64,000 bases of DNA from Macrostomum hystrix. Lineage: Eukaryota; Animalia; Platyhelminthes. The stretch lies in contig CATNEN010000038.1 in assembly GCA_950097015.1 (NCBI GenBank), positions 16,492,001-16,556,000 of the forward strand, given 5' to 3'. Numbering within the stretch: the first letter of the stretch is position 1; every line of letters begins with the position of its first letter. Position numbers and translations under genes: made by a program. Below the pieces are notes generated by a model. It had not been told where the DNA came from and made no database searches. It saw only the letters and a program-made list of their open reading frames with translations. Below are positions 12,581 to 24,800 of this stretch, piece by piece.

Positions 12581-15500
12581 ATGATGTCAATTACGGATGT
12601 GGCTACTACAATGATGGAAATCTCAAAGACTTTACAGAAGATTAACATGTATCCATTTTTTGACGCTGCCCATTACATTCTAATGTGCTCCCTTGTGAAA
12701 GAAGATTCTCCTCAAATAGGTAATAAATTAATGCTACAATCTTAAAGAAGTCTGCAATTGATATAGTAATATATATAATAGGAATAGCTATGTACTAATA
12801 AAAAATTTAATTTTTTTCTGAAAGCAGTTAAAGTTCATTAGAACTATATATTTTATGCTTGTTGTTACTTTTCCAGTTGTTTTTTTGTTAACATCGGGAA
12901 ATATTTACATATTTGTCTAGGTTTGACAGTAGTTATATATATATGTCTTTGTTATTTTTCTGGTTTAAAGTGAGGTTCAATTTCAGGAATCACGCTCCCT
13001 ACAATATTAACTTAAGGCTAGGCCCTATGTCTTAATGTCAATGTTGTAATGTAATGTAATGTCAAAGGCTATACATATGCTTTTGGGGATATGTGAATGG
13101 CTATGAAAAGATACTGGAAAGATTAAATAAATCAAGGATTTCACAGTTTGTGAAGAACTTTTCTGACTGCCTAGAACAGAAAATCTTTTATTAGATGATT
13201 TCACAGAATTTTATGAAAGACACCGACAGACACTTAAGCCAGCAAATAGTTAGGCCTACTATAATTTTTTAGTTTTAATATATATAGAACAGATAAGCTA
13301 CATTGACTGCTTAGAATAGGCCTATAAACATATACTAGGCTCTTACTTTTAATAGCTTATATATCAGTCCTGGTTTCTCATTGTCAAGCAATGAATTACA
13401 TTCATTGTGCCTTAGAAGTTAGCCTTCAATGTTATAAATTGCACAAAATCATATAAATGCAGTATTACCATGGAATCAAGCTCAAGGACCTTAGCATACA
13501 TGTGCAACACCCGGCCAACCCGGCCGAACTGGCCGGGTGAAATGAGGGCCAAGCAAGGAAAGTCGCAAAAACCAATCGACTAAGCACAAAAAAATCAAAG
13601 GGGGGGCCAAGGGACAAAAAAGGAAGGTGTGAAGAAAAGGAAAAAGGGGAGAGAGAAAGAGAGCAAATAAGAGCAAACTAAGTCGTAAATTAATCAATGA
13701 AATGAACTAAGTCGTAAATAGAGCAAAAACTAAGTCAAACGGCTGGCTAAGATTTGGGAGGTTGCGCATGTATGGACCTTAGTGAGAGAGGCTAATGTCT
13801 TAGGCCATTTTGCCACAAGTATATAGATTATATTTTCAGTTTTTTCTTTAGCTACGTTTTCAGTATTCATTATTGACTATAGTTTTTGGTTTTTTCTCAA
13901 TGTTCTAATTTAGTGAAGCTAAAATAAAAGAAGCACAATAGCCAATCAATAAGATTGTTGATATCATTCACATGTTATTGTGATTTTACAAAGTAAATAT
14001 ATTAATAAAATTATACTATGAATACAACTTTTTATGCTCATAAGATTGCAACAATATTTAATGATTTCAATAAAAATTGTTTTAAACAACAAATTCACCA
14101 AGTACTTTAGCCATTAAAATCTTGCCTACATCAACTTTTTGGAGATTATGGCCACATGATGTCTCATTCAAGAGCTTTTTAATATGCAACAGGCGGCTCA
14201 TCATTTTCTCGCCGACATCCTTTCGCCTGCTGGTTAGCCAGTATGCTGATGTGCTTCTCTGGTTCTATTTTTGGCAATCTGCTTATTGGCGAACCGCTAG
14301 TGACACCATTCAAGCATAACAGAGATATCCTGCTTGCTACTGCTATCTGGTTAGATACTTTTCTTTAACTTTAGCCTTGTGTTATAAACTGCTGATAAAA
14401 GTACATTTTATTAAGTATCTTTGATCGAACCCACTTTGCAGGTACGTGATCAATTATTTCCCATTCGATTTGGCCTACAAGTTGGCCAAATTTGCCCCAG
14501 TTCATCTGGTTGTCTGTGTTATCAAAGAGGTGCACAGAACACGCAAAATCTACGACGGTGTTGGCGTAGCTTTTAAGCTCTATCCAAAGGCCTACCTCAT
14601 TGTGGTCGCTATCGGCGTGGCAAAAGGTAATATATCATAACGCCAATCCTGTTCTATTCTGATTTCTGTTCTGAGTATTATCTAATGTTTCCAAAAGGTT
14701 CCGGCTATTTGGAGATGAAACTATTCGAGCGACTGATTCGCGGTATCTGGCTGCCCGCAAGTAACGAGTTTTTGCAGCCCACTTTGTAAGCAGTCTTTCA
14801 TAAGTTTTCAAAAATAATATAAATTCATTTTTTAAATGCATCTAATAAAACACTAATTTTAGCACAACTAAGGCTAGCGTGTTCATTTCTTTGGCCTTTC
14901 TATTGGAGAAGATTGGTAACGTGCCGTCCACTCACGACAACATCTTTCTTGGCGCCATCATGTTTTTAGTCTATTTCAAGTGAGCTGTCTATCATTTTAA
15001 TATGCCTATATTCATAGAATTGATTACAAGCTTTCCAGATCCTCAGTTTGGGCAGCGGAACATTTCCAGATCCTCAGTTTGAGCAGCTTGTTATGGCTGG
15101 AATCTTCCCATTTGCTCTAATTTGAGCAGCTGGAATATTCACAGATCTTCTAATTTGAGCAGTTGGAATCTTCCCAGATCCTCAGTTTGGGCAGCTTGTT
15201 ATGGCTGGAATCTTCCCATTTGCTCTAATTTGAGCAGTTGGAATCTTCCCAGATCATCAGTTTGAGCAGCTGGAATATTCCCAGATCTTCTAATTTGAGC
15301 AGTTGGAATCTTCCCTAATCCTAAGTTTAGGCAGCTTGTTATGGCTGGAATCTTCCCATTTGCTCTAATTTGAGCAGTTGGAATCTTCCCAGATCATCAG
15401 TTTGAGCAGCTGGAATCTTCCCATTTGCTCTAATTTGAGCAGTTGTAATCTTCCCAGATCCTCTAATTTGAGCAGTTGGAATCTTCCCAGATCCTCTAAT

Positions 15501-16001
15501 TTGAGCAGTTGGAATCTTCCCAGATCCTCTAATTTGAGCAGTTGGAATCTTCCAGATCCTCTAATTTGAGCAGTTGGAATCTTCCCAGATCCTCTAATTT
15601 GAGCAGTTGGAATCTTCCTAAATCCTCTAATTGGGCTACTGAAATATTTTAAATCCTCAAGATTAGGCAGCAGAAATCTTCCCAGATAACCAATGTTCGG
15701 TAGCTGTACTTTTTTCCAGGTCCTGTTGTTATTTATATTGAAAAACTGGTCTCCAATTTGTAGACTGTCCTCCATGATCATCGGAATACACGACCCGTTC
15801 CTGCCGTTTGAAAACATTTTCTGTTCACTATTTTTGGGCGGCCTAGCCGACGCTCTCAAGCGGGCCACGGTTAGCGGCCAGCCTATTAAACAAACCGGCG
15901 CCGATGCGAACGCTGCTGGAGATGGGGCCTCTAACGCGGGCGCCACCAATGGTAGCTCGTCTGCTTCGGCAGCCAAATCAAAGGATAAGAAGCATGAGTG
16001 A
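12581..16001 (+). CDS. TMEM38: TRIC trimeric intracellular cation channel; exons 12581-12719, 14193-14349, 14442-14626, 14698-14785, 14863-14979, 15764-16001
   Basis: Six exons join in frame by GT-AG; motifs MYPFFDAAHYILM, FSRRHPFACWLASMLMCF, KEVHRTRKI, GVAKGSG, NEFLQPTFTTKAS, HDPFLPFEN are typical of TRIC channels. Confidence 0.93.
13495..13774. mobile_element. Non-autonomous hAT-like element in TMEM38 intron 1
   Basis: TIR CATACATGTGCAAC / GTTGCGCATGTATG; exact 8-bp TSD GACCTTAG at 13487-13494 and 13775-13782. Confidence 0.88.
15030..15690. repeat. ~33-bp minisatellite (CTAATTTGAGCAGTTGGAATCTTCCCAGATCCT) in TMEM38 intron 5
   Basis: Direct tandem units; 11-aa periodicity in overlapping ORFs. 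Confidence 0.95.
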
Positions 16002-16684
16002 AATAAGATGACCCAATGGCTAAGCTGGCATTATCCTCATAGATCCCCACAATAGCTCGACCTGTAATAATCTTGACAGATCCCTACATCCCTACAATGG
16101 CTGGGCCATAATCCTCATAGAAGGGCTTAAAATTTCATATTCCTTATTATCAGCGCTTGAAATGAAAACACTTTTGCTGTTAAAAGCAAAGTACTTTTAA
16201 TCTGTAAAAGAAAAAGGAGTACATAAGAAATAAGTTATTACGCAATCGAAGCTGCAAAGTTTTTTTCATAATTAAAAAAAGTCGCACTCAGTTCTATCAT
16301 GTTAATGAACTCACCGGTCTATCCAAACACGTATTTATTTATGCACCCGATATGTTAATAATGCTCAATTAATTAGCACCTAATTCTTTTTCATTTTTCT
16401 TAACTACGAGGTCGTCTCTATAAGAAAGAAAGTAGACGAACCAAGGTTTATTTCTTAGGGAAAATGTTATTCACATTTTTTTTTGTTAAATTAAAATTTC
16501 AAATTATATTTCTTTCTTTGTATTTATTTGTGCAGTATTTATATCTATCAAATTTCTTCTTTATTGCGTTTATCTATTGCTCGTACTTCGTAATATAATG
16601 TTTTTTCGTGTTGTAAGCTTGCCGCTTTATTTCTAAAGCTTTTTATACAATATATTCCACTCTTCTAGTCAATCTTGTTTATAA

Positions 16685-17385
16685 TAGCTTTTGCCATTCA
16701 ATCTCAGTGTTTTGTCATTCATACTCAGCCCCCATAGAATTAATCCAGCCAGTTGGTGCGGTTGGCCCATAAACTATCGCTCTGTGCCATTCAATCTCAG
16801 GTTTTGTCATTCAAACTCAGGCTTTAATGTGGAGAAGGAATGTGGATAAGGAATGAACAGGTTATTATTCCTCAGCTCGGCTCATGTAACACAGGACCGA
16901 AAAACAGAGTTGTTAAACTTGTTAAACATAATGCAGTTCATACACATTACAAGTCAAATACCTCTAGCATCATAGTGAGGAACATACAGATTTGAGCGGA
17001 ATTGTTAATGTCTTGGATCAGAACAATGACTCAGAGAAAAGGAATTTGCATAATGCACCGTGGATACAGTCGGCTGCAGGCAATCTCCCAGTTCAGAGGC
17101 ATCAGAGTGTCCAGTGCAACGTGGCCCAGGCGCTCCATGTAAGCATATGGCCCATGTAAGTTGGGCCATGTAAGCAAATGCAATGGAAGAAATTTGTAAT
17201 TTAGCTGCCTTTTGGAGGACTGCGTTTGAGAGACCGAGCTTATAAAGCCTGAGTATGAATGACAAAACCCGAGATTGAATGGCACAGAGCGATAGTCTAT
17301 GGGCCAAACGGCGTCAACTGGCTGGATTAATTCTATGGGGGCTGAGTATGAATGACAAAACACTGAGATTGAATGGCAAAAGCTA
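16685..17385. mobile_element. MITE/foldback element with ~140-bp terminal inverted repeats
   Basis: 16685-16826 (TAGCTTTTGCCATTCAATCTCAG...CTCAGGCTTTA) is the near-perfect reverse complement of 17243-17385; ends in TA (possible TA TSD). Confidence 0.88.
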
Positions 17386-17844
17386 CACTTTGTGCTTTTA
17401 TAAAATCCTACATTTACTAACGTTCAACTATTTATATATATAGTTATCTTCTATTCACTTTCGCCGTATTTTATTCCACCATATCATAATCATATCATAT
17501 AATAATCGTAAAAGAATCTACGAGCAAGAAATAGAAATGTGCAATTTTTTTCTATTTCCTTCTTGATTCGAATTAAAACAATGTTTTTGTACCACATATG
17601 AGGCATTCTACTAAAAACTAACTAATGAAAATATTAACAGTTGTTTCTGTCTATCGCGTTTAAATGTTTATTTAAAATCATTATTAAATCTTAATGTAGG
17701 TCTTAACAGTTTGCACAACATTTTATTGTTTATTTATTGGTTGTGTTTGACTTAAATTTCTTTGTATTTTATAATACAAGTGTGAGTAGTTTATTATAGT
17801 ACATGCTCTCATTTCCAGACTTTCAAGACTTTTCTTTACATTAA

Positions 17845-17990
17845 TTAGGCCACGGACCACTAAAGCTAAGTTGTTAAAGCTTAGGGCCTCAGACCGAAGG
17901 GTCGTGAGTTCGAATCCCAGTTCAAAGGAACCCAGTTTTACCTTAAGCAAGACTCTTAATTCTCTTAGTGCTTCAGTTCACCGACCTAAG
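17845..17990 (+). mobile_element. Degenerate tRNA-derived SINE copy
   Basis: B-box GAGTTCGAATCCC followed by CCTTAAGCAAGACTCTTAA..TGCTTCAGTTCACC, shared with the copies at 21.4 and 55.6 kb. Confidence 0.65.
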
Positions 17991-18060
17991 ATCTTGAGCT
18001 ACTTTTATGACCTTCCCAGTCCATGTACTCAACAGCTACTCAGCCTAGAAGAGCCGATTC

Positions 18061-20172
18061 TCAAGCTTTATATATTTCATTTTCTTCTATCGGGTCTACA
18101 CGGTTTTTCTTGCGCCAATTTTCAACAGCTACTGATTGGCTGGCCTTAGAGTTGGCTTCAAGCCAGGCTGCTTCGCTGCCGTGGGTCAGTGTCTCGCTCT
18201 GATACACTGTCTCCGGCAAAGGTAGGCCCAGCGTTTCCGGCAGCGGATAGATGAGGGTGGCGCTCGCTGTTGCCAGGCCGCCAAAAAGTAGGCCGGGCAG
18301 CCATGGCTCAATGCTGCCTAGGCTGCCAATCACAGGCGAAATGGTTGTCAGTAGTGTGCTCAGCAATAGGGCTAGAAACATTCCGGTGTTGCGCACTGAG
18401 GTTGGAAATAGCTCAGCGGCTAGTATGCTCATGACTGAGTAGGCTATTGTTAGTAGCGTCTTTCCTAGAATCGGTTGACGTAATGAATCGATAACTACCA
18501 AATTAAAACCTTATGCAAGTGTTGAATTTGTCTTAAAAAAACAGTGGATACATATTTTTTCGTTAGACATCGTATTGTCTCGTATTGGTAGAAGGTCGGC
18601 AACATTATATACCTCGGGGCCAAAAGACAAAAGGACTGAGAATACAAAAGAAGAATGTTAGTATGAAGAGACAATAAATAAGATGGGAATATATAAGAGT
18701 GGTCTTCATTACTTGACCTTTCATTAGTTTTTCTCTCGTCATAAATGAGTACTTTAGTAGCAACATTAAAAGCACGCTTGACCGCTCACCTATGACAGCG
18801 ACTACCATCTTGACCGCGCCATAGGCCAGAAATGCTGATATGATAATGCATACTCCGCTTACTGCTGTAGAAATTATTGTTGGCCATCGTCTGCCGAAAA
18901 TGTTGCACAACGGTGCGGCCATCAGGTAACTTGGCACCTCTAATGCTCCACTAATTGCCGTGTTGACAAAGATATTCTCAGTAATGAAACTGCTGTCTAT
19001 AGATATGCCGTAGTAACACAGAGACAGGACTAACATCATCCAGAAGATTATTAGAGTCTTCTTTCGCATTTGAGACTGTTTAAATAATTCTTGCACTCTT
19101 CCGGTTGGCTCCGCTTCCACGCTGAGATCCTGCATCGCGGTGTATTTGCATGACATGCATTTGCAGTCAACATTGAGCTCTACGAAAGAAATTTAATTTA
19201 CTAGAATATTACCAGCTTATCGTCTGGCGTCCATTGTACTCCATTCCACTTGGCTAACCATTGAAACACTTTCTTGGCGTCCTCAGTTCTGCCCCGCAGC
19301 ACTAGCCACCTGGGCGACTCTGGTACAAATATGTAAATTAGCGGATAGCTGATGCAGAACACGCTGCTGACTAGTTGAATTCGACGCCAGTCGCGCAGCA
19401 GATAGGCCAGCAGGGCGCTGCTCATATAGCCAGCGCACCAAAATAGCCAATAGAAGTTTCCAACTAGTCCTCTGTGCTGTTGCATTGTCAATTCGTACAT
19501 AAGGAGCAAGCCTTGCGAATAGATTGGCGTTGGAATGCCTTGAGACGGTTTGGAAAGTTCGGTGAGTTAGGAGATTTCGACCATTCCAACATAACGCCAA
19601 GTTGTTTACTTACCTATCAAAAACCTTGACAAAATTTGCGTCTCAACATTGGGCATGAAAACGGGCAGCAATGTTGTGACTACGTCCAAAATGCCGGCTC
19701 CATAGAATAGTGTCTTGCGGCCCACTCGATCGCCTAGCGTGCTTAACAGGATGCCAACCGCGTGTCCAAGAAAGTACATCGACGTCATTAAAGTCGCGTA
19801 GCTGCTTCTTTCGCAGACCAGATTGTATTCCTCAATTAGGGTCTTCTCTAAGTAGACCGACTTGTATGTGAATTGTTGACAAGTCTCTGTTACATTGATT
19901 CTTGAAGTTTTATTTATGTATCGAACAATTTTGCAATGCGCAGCATATTCTTGCGGCTCGTATTCGCTCGTATTCTGCTGCGCGCAACGATATTCTGGCT
20001 GCGATTGCATTAGAACAAACAGCTGCAGCTCATTCATAGCTTTGAAGCAGAGCAAGCCGAACATAAATAACATGGCGACTTGAAGTCGACCAAAGCCTCC
20101 AGTATTCTTTAGCAAAGATTCGTATTCCATGCTTTGAGATCTGGAAGGTTGCATTTTGAATACCTGTTCCAT
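18061..20172 (-). CDS. SLC22-family (MFS) organic ion transporter; exons 20172-19614, 19538-19213, ~19129-18790, 18464-18061
   Basis: Motifs GGFGRLQ, EYNLVC, LGDRVGRK, VPESPRWL, FGRR, AELFPTSVRNTG and LPET; GT-AG junctions. The exon 3 acceptor is my best guess. Confidence 0.92.
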
Positions 20173-20909
20173 TCAAGTCTTCTCAGGTCCTTTCCACCTT
20201 CGGCGGGGTTCTCACCGAATGAGCGGATTGGTTTACTGCTTGTCAGAAAACAGATTTTTCGATTAGGATGAAATAAATCTACTTACCAATTACTAATGAT
20301 GACTACCGTTGTTACGATCATAAAAATGACAGTAAGATACGAAGGAAAACAATTAAGGTGCTTTCGGCGTCTTTTGGTAAATACGACTAGAAGTTTCAAA
20401 CCCCTAATTTTTGGTTGTTGCGAGGTCGCAATGAAACTTATGAATTCTTTTTATCTCGCGTCTCGAAGCCTTTTTTATCTTGACTTCTTTCACTATATCT
20501 TTGCTGATAATGTTACTTCGACTTTAGTCAACACACTGTTTATTAAAACCTTTCTTGAAGCTAGTCTACTTAAGTATGCATACGGGTGCACCCTTGCTTA
20601 ATATTAATATCAAAGCTATAGCGTCAAGTCTGAAGTCCATGTAGTGTGCATAGTACGGGTACTAAGCGTTTTTCTCCGATTTTTGTTACTGCCTTGCAAT
20701 TGGTAACTGCTTTGCCATGATCTTTATCATGTTAGCTTGTGAAATGAAAGCGAAGGACATTGTGTCATATAATCAGTTTCTACTTATTCATTCCTAAATA
20801 TCACTTCTCACTTCTCTACAATATCTCATCAATATCACTTCAGCGTTGTCGATGGTTGCATAAAGGCTGGGGAGGTTGAGGAGAGTAACTGGAATAGTAC
20901 CGAGAAACA

Positions 20910-21050
20910 GGGCAGGTTTCGAATCCCGATCCAGGAGCTGTAATCCCTATCACCCGGCTGTAAAGTAGATACCAGAATTAGCTGGGATAGATAGCGGTTT
21001 GGGTGGGTGTGGCATCCCACTCAGTCCACGGACTGAATAGTCATACACAA
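20910..21050 (+). mobile_element. Degenerate SINE copy
   Basis: TTCGAATCCC, TCACCCGGCTGTAAA..TACCAG and CAGTCCACGGACTGAA shared with the other copies. Confidence 0.6.
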
Positions 21051-21394
21051 CCTTGACAACTAGCTAGCCACTCGAGACGCGTCAGTTGTACATCTAGCCC
21101 AACTGAGATTTTAGACTATTGTTAAATATAAAAATGACGTGGAAGCAATTCTGTCCATTCCTCTGACCCCTGAGCCCTGGCACGCACGCACACCAGATGA
21201 ATGTTGCCTCGCCGCGAATTCGAGCTCAGGAGCTAGTTTAAGTGTAATTTATATTTGCCTAAATTAGAACTGAGTGTTTCGAATCTAGTCCGGTCGTCTT
21301 AAAAAAAGGTTGATACTAAAGATAATTTTTATTAATTGTACCTGCCCCAATCGGGCCAGATGAGCAGCCGACAGCCGCAGCTATTGCCCGGCGC

Positions 21395-21590
21395 ACCTTA
21401 TGGCTGCTTATGACTGTTAAGTCCATCGACTGGGAGGAATGCTGGTACCCATTTACCAGCTGGGTGAAATGATAAAAGCAGTAGTTAAGTGTCTTGCTAA
21501 AGGACACAAATTGTTCCAGTGGAGTCTGAATCGAACCCTCGGCCTACAGATCTTGAGTCCGACGCTCTAACTACTAGGCTACAAACGCCT
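21395..21590 (-). mobile_element. tRNA-derived SINE with a CORE-like body
   Basis: Minus strand: A-box TAGCCTAGTAGTTAGAGCG, B-box GGTTCGATTC, then GTGTCCTTTAGCAAGACACTTAAC and CACCCAGCTGGTAAATGGGTACC. Confidence 0.8.
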
Positions 21591-21817
21591 TATTGCCTTT
21601 GAGTATTAAGGCAATAATGATGCACAAGCTTAGAAGGGCTGTAGCTTTCAAGTCTGGCTGATGTGTTAAGAGTACCAGTAATTTTTTATTGGACACGCTA
21701 GTTAGTAAAACGACTTAGTGCAAATACTTGATCGCTCATTTAATAAATCAACTAGATCTGGCTGTTTCAGTTGCACCAACCTCATAATCTTGCTTCAGCC
21801 AAACTCAAGCTCCACAC

Positions 21818-24800
21818 ATGGCAAAATCCCTGACCTCGGAGGCCATCAAGACCAACCCAATCCAGGGCCAAAAAGCTGGCACTAGCGGACTGCGTAAGCC
21901 AACAAAGGTGTTTACCTCCGAGCATTACCTGGAGAATTTCATTCAGGCGACACTCTCGGCTCTTGGTGATTCTCTGGCTGGTAGCCAATTGGCGCTTGGC
22001 GGCGACGGTCGCTACTTCTGCGACGTGGCCGCTGGTCGCATCATCGAGATGTGCGCCGGAAACGGTGTAGCACGAGTGCTCGTTGGCCAGAAAGGCGTCC
22101 TGAGCACGCCGTCTGTGTCTTGCGTAATTCGCAAACGCAATCTAACCGGCGGCATTGTGCTAACGGCTAGCCACAATCCGGGCGGACCTGACAACGATTT
22201 CGGCGTTAAATTCAACGTGTCCAACGGTGGCCCGGCTCCGGAGTCTTTCACCGACAAGATTTACGCCAATACGCTTAGCATTACTGAGTACCGCGTTGCC
22301 AAGGGCGCTAGCGTCGATTTGAGCAAACTGGGACGCACCGAGTTCATTGTGGACGGTAAACCATTCGTTGTTGAGGTTAGCGGCATTTTTTAGAATATGA
22401 CTCATTTGACATGAAAGATAACTTTGTATGACATTCTGACATGAACTACATTGTTGGTAAATTTGCTTTTAGATATATTGTCTTTGGATGCAGAATGTAT
22501 ATACAGATTTTCCGATCCTTAATCTCCAAAAAACACATCCAGGTAATAGACTCAGTGGCCGACTACGAAGAGCTTATGACCAGCATCTTTGACTTCGACA
22601 AATTGCGCAGCTTCATCGCCGGCGGATCCGGCTGTTCCGTTCTGGCAAATCCGTTGCACGGCGTTATGGGACCCTACGTGAAACGGTTGCTATGCCAACG
22701 CCTCGGCGTACCTGAATCGAACGCCGTTAACTGCGTCCCGTTGCCCGACTTCGGCGGCGGTCACCCGGATCCGAACCTGACCTACGCGGCCGAGCTTGTC
22801 GACGCGATGCGGTCAGGCAGCTACGATCTTGGCCTAGCCTTCGATGGCGACGGCGATCGCAATATGATTCTTGGCAAATCTGGCTTCTTTGTGACTCCGT
22901 GCGACAGTCTGGCAGTTCTGGCCGCTAATCTGGAGTGCATTCCGTACTTTAGACGCACCGGAGTCACCGGATTCGCTCGCTCGATGCCTACTAGCGGAGC
23001 TGTCGATCTGGTGGCCAAGCAGCGTAGCTTGAAATGCTACGAGGTGCCGACTGGTTGGAAATTTTTCGGCAATCTGATGGACGCCAAGCTCATCTCCCTG
23101 TGCGGCGAGGAGAGCTTCGGCACGGGCTCCGATCATATTCGAGAGAAGGACGGCCTCTGGGCCGCTCTGGCCTGGCTATCTGTGCTAGCCGACAAGCGGG
23201 CAAGCGTTGAGGATATTGTCAAGGCTCATTGGGCCGAGTTTGGTCGCAATTTCTACACTAGGTTCGCTGCTATGCTGGTTGCTATGGGAGAATTTGTTTA
23301 TATTATGGATTGGTTAGCTTATTAACATGAGCTGCGTAACTTGTGTTGCTAATTAACCTGGGCTGTGTCTTGTGTGTTGCTAATTAACCTGGGCTGTGTG
23401 TGTTGTGTGTTGCTAATTAACCTGGGCTGTGTGTGTTGTGTGTTGCTAATTAACCTGGGCTGTGTGTGTTGTGTGTTGCTAATTAACCTGGGCTGTGTGT
23501 GTTGTGTGTTGCTAATTAACCTGGGCTGTGTGTGTTGTGTGTTGCTAATTAACCTGGGCTGTGTCTTGTGTGTTGCTAATTAAGCTGGGCTGTGTGTGTT
23601 GTGTGTTGCTAATTAACCTGGGCTGTGTGTGTTGTGTGTTGCTAATTAACCTGGGCTGTGTGTGTTGTGTGTTGCTAATTAACCTGGGCTGTGTGTGTTG
23701 TGTGTTGCTAATTAACCTGGGCTGTGTGTGTTGTGTGTTGCTTATTAACCTGGGCTGTGTGTGTTGTGTGTTGCTTATTAACCTGGGCTGTGTGTGTTGT
23801 GTGTTGCTTATTAACTTGGGCTGTGTGTGTTGTGTGTTGCTTATTAACCTGGGCTGTGTGTGTTGTGTGTTGCTAATTAACCTGGGCTGTGTGTGTTGTG
23901 TGTTGCTAATTAACCTGTGCTGTGTGTGTTGTGTGTTGCTAATTGACCTGGGCTGTGTGTGTTGTGTGTTGCTTATTAACTTGGGCTGTGTGTGTTGTGT
24001 GTTGCTTATTAACCTGGGCTGTGTGTGTTGTGTGTTGCTAATTAACCTGTGCTGTGTGTGTTGTGTGTTGCTAATTTACCTGGGCTGTGTGTGTTAACCA
24101 TTATTATTAACCACGGACTGAATAAAAGTACATCTGACCAAACTGGGCAGGTGTAATTTCTAAATGATATGCACAGGACTTTGATCTGTGTAGTTTGGTA
24201 GCTGATATATTAGCCAATCGATGCAGTACAAAAATGTGAGCTGGAAAAAAGTGCCTTTCTAGCTACTTCTATGTAGGAAATCCTATTGACATTTTTGGTC
24301 AATACTAGGACAGGGACTAAAAGGCAGACTCGGAGCGGCTAACAATGTAACCCGATATTATATTCTCTGTTCAATAGTCATTTGCGACTTGGCTTAGTTT
24401 GTGACTGATGCCTTTAGCCTGACCTCATTTGACCCCGTCTATTGTGCGCCTACTAATAGACACTAATAAATTACAGATTAAACCTGCTGCAACTTATCAG
24501 TTGTATTTGTATGCTTACCTGTCTGTATATCCGCTGTTTGTGTCTCTATGTTTTAAATATTTTGTTGTATCTTTGGTTGCTCGGCTGCTCTCGAAAGCTA
24601 ATCCGTATAAATCAACGAGAGCTTTATTTTGCTTTATATTTCTCAATACGCTTGGTACCATAGACAATACAATTTGCGTCTAATACAATATATTCTATTA
24701 AGACAGTAGTTAATTTATGTTTTAGATCAGGGGTAGGCAAACTTATTTGCTGGCGGGCCAAAGAGAGAGCCTAAAAGACGACAGCGGGCCGCATTGACTG

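Noticed and set aside
19180-19212. 33-nt micro-intron in the SLC22 gene
   Set aside because: The nearest acceptor breaks the reading frame; an 83-nt intron ending at 19130 keeps it and fits local intron sizes.
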